Shown here piece after piece: positions 63,616 through 64,000 of a stretch of DNA of 64,000 bases. Every line of letters starts with the position of its first letter. Position 1 is the first letter of the stretch. The position numbers were made by a program, and so were the translations under genes. Where the stretch lies: NCBI RefSeq assembly GCF_963921235.1, contig NC_086108.1, forward strand, positions 55,740,001 to 55,804,000, in the 5' to 3' direction. The stretch is from Mobula hypostoma. Its lineage: Eukaryota. The notes beneath the pieces were generated by a model, which saw only the letters and a list, made by a program, of their open reading frames with translations, was not told the DNA's origin and ran no database searches.

Positions 63616-64000
63616 AAAGTGTTATAGTTACAAAGAAAGAGCAGTTCTGCTAAACAATAAGGTACAAGATCAGAACGAGATAGAACGTGAGGTCTAAAAT
63701 CCAACTTATCACATTAGGGAAGTAAAGAAACTTATAGTCTTATAACGGCAGGGTAGAAGCTACTCTTGAGCTTTCATGCTTTCAGCTTTTGTATCTTGTC
63801 GAACAGGGGAGAAAAACGAATATCCAGAGTTATTGACTTCTTTGACTATGCTGGCTGCTTTACTGCGGCAGTAAGGACAGAATCCGTGGAGGGGAGACTG
63901 ATTCGTGATCTGATGAGCTGTGTCCAGAACTCTCTGCACTTTCCAAAGTGAAAAACCATAGCTTGTTCATCCCTATACTCATAAGACACAGTCTCTGTTC

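Overview
Repeat-dense eukaryotic DNA, probably intronic or intergenic. It is most likely from a cartilaginous fish (shark or ray), inferred from CR1 LINEs, HE1/V-SINE-like and DeuSINE-like SINEs and Penelope remnants. I could not recognise any host protein-coding exon, and nearly all listed ORFs are transposon fragments. Main contents: (1) A compact 4.2-kb Ty3/Gypsy LTR retrotransposon at 6201-10404, with 195-bp LTRs, an ACAG target-site duplication (TSD), a tRNA-Trp primer-binding site (PBS) and a CHCC-type Gag knuckle, which is CsRn1/Boudicca-like. Its RT-RNaseH-IN frame is open. (2) A decayed Gmr1-like LTR element at 48343-~53203, with a SCAN-like Gag and the unusual PR-IN-RT-RH order. (3) A 245-bp Penelope-derived fold-back insertion inside the Gmr1-like element, carrying two intact minimal hammerhead ribozyme cores on opposite strands. 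(4) A hAT/Charlie transposase relic. (5) Many nested CR1, Rex1/Babar and RTE fragments and SINEs. Unexplained items are a 410-bp TSD-flanked insertion, a 186-bp templated insertion and a pre-miRNA-like hairpin. I see no evidence for a wholly new multi-gene system. All alignments and family assignments were made by eye.
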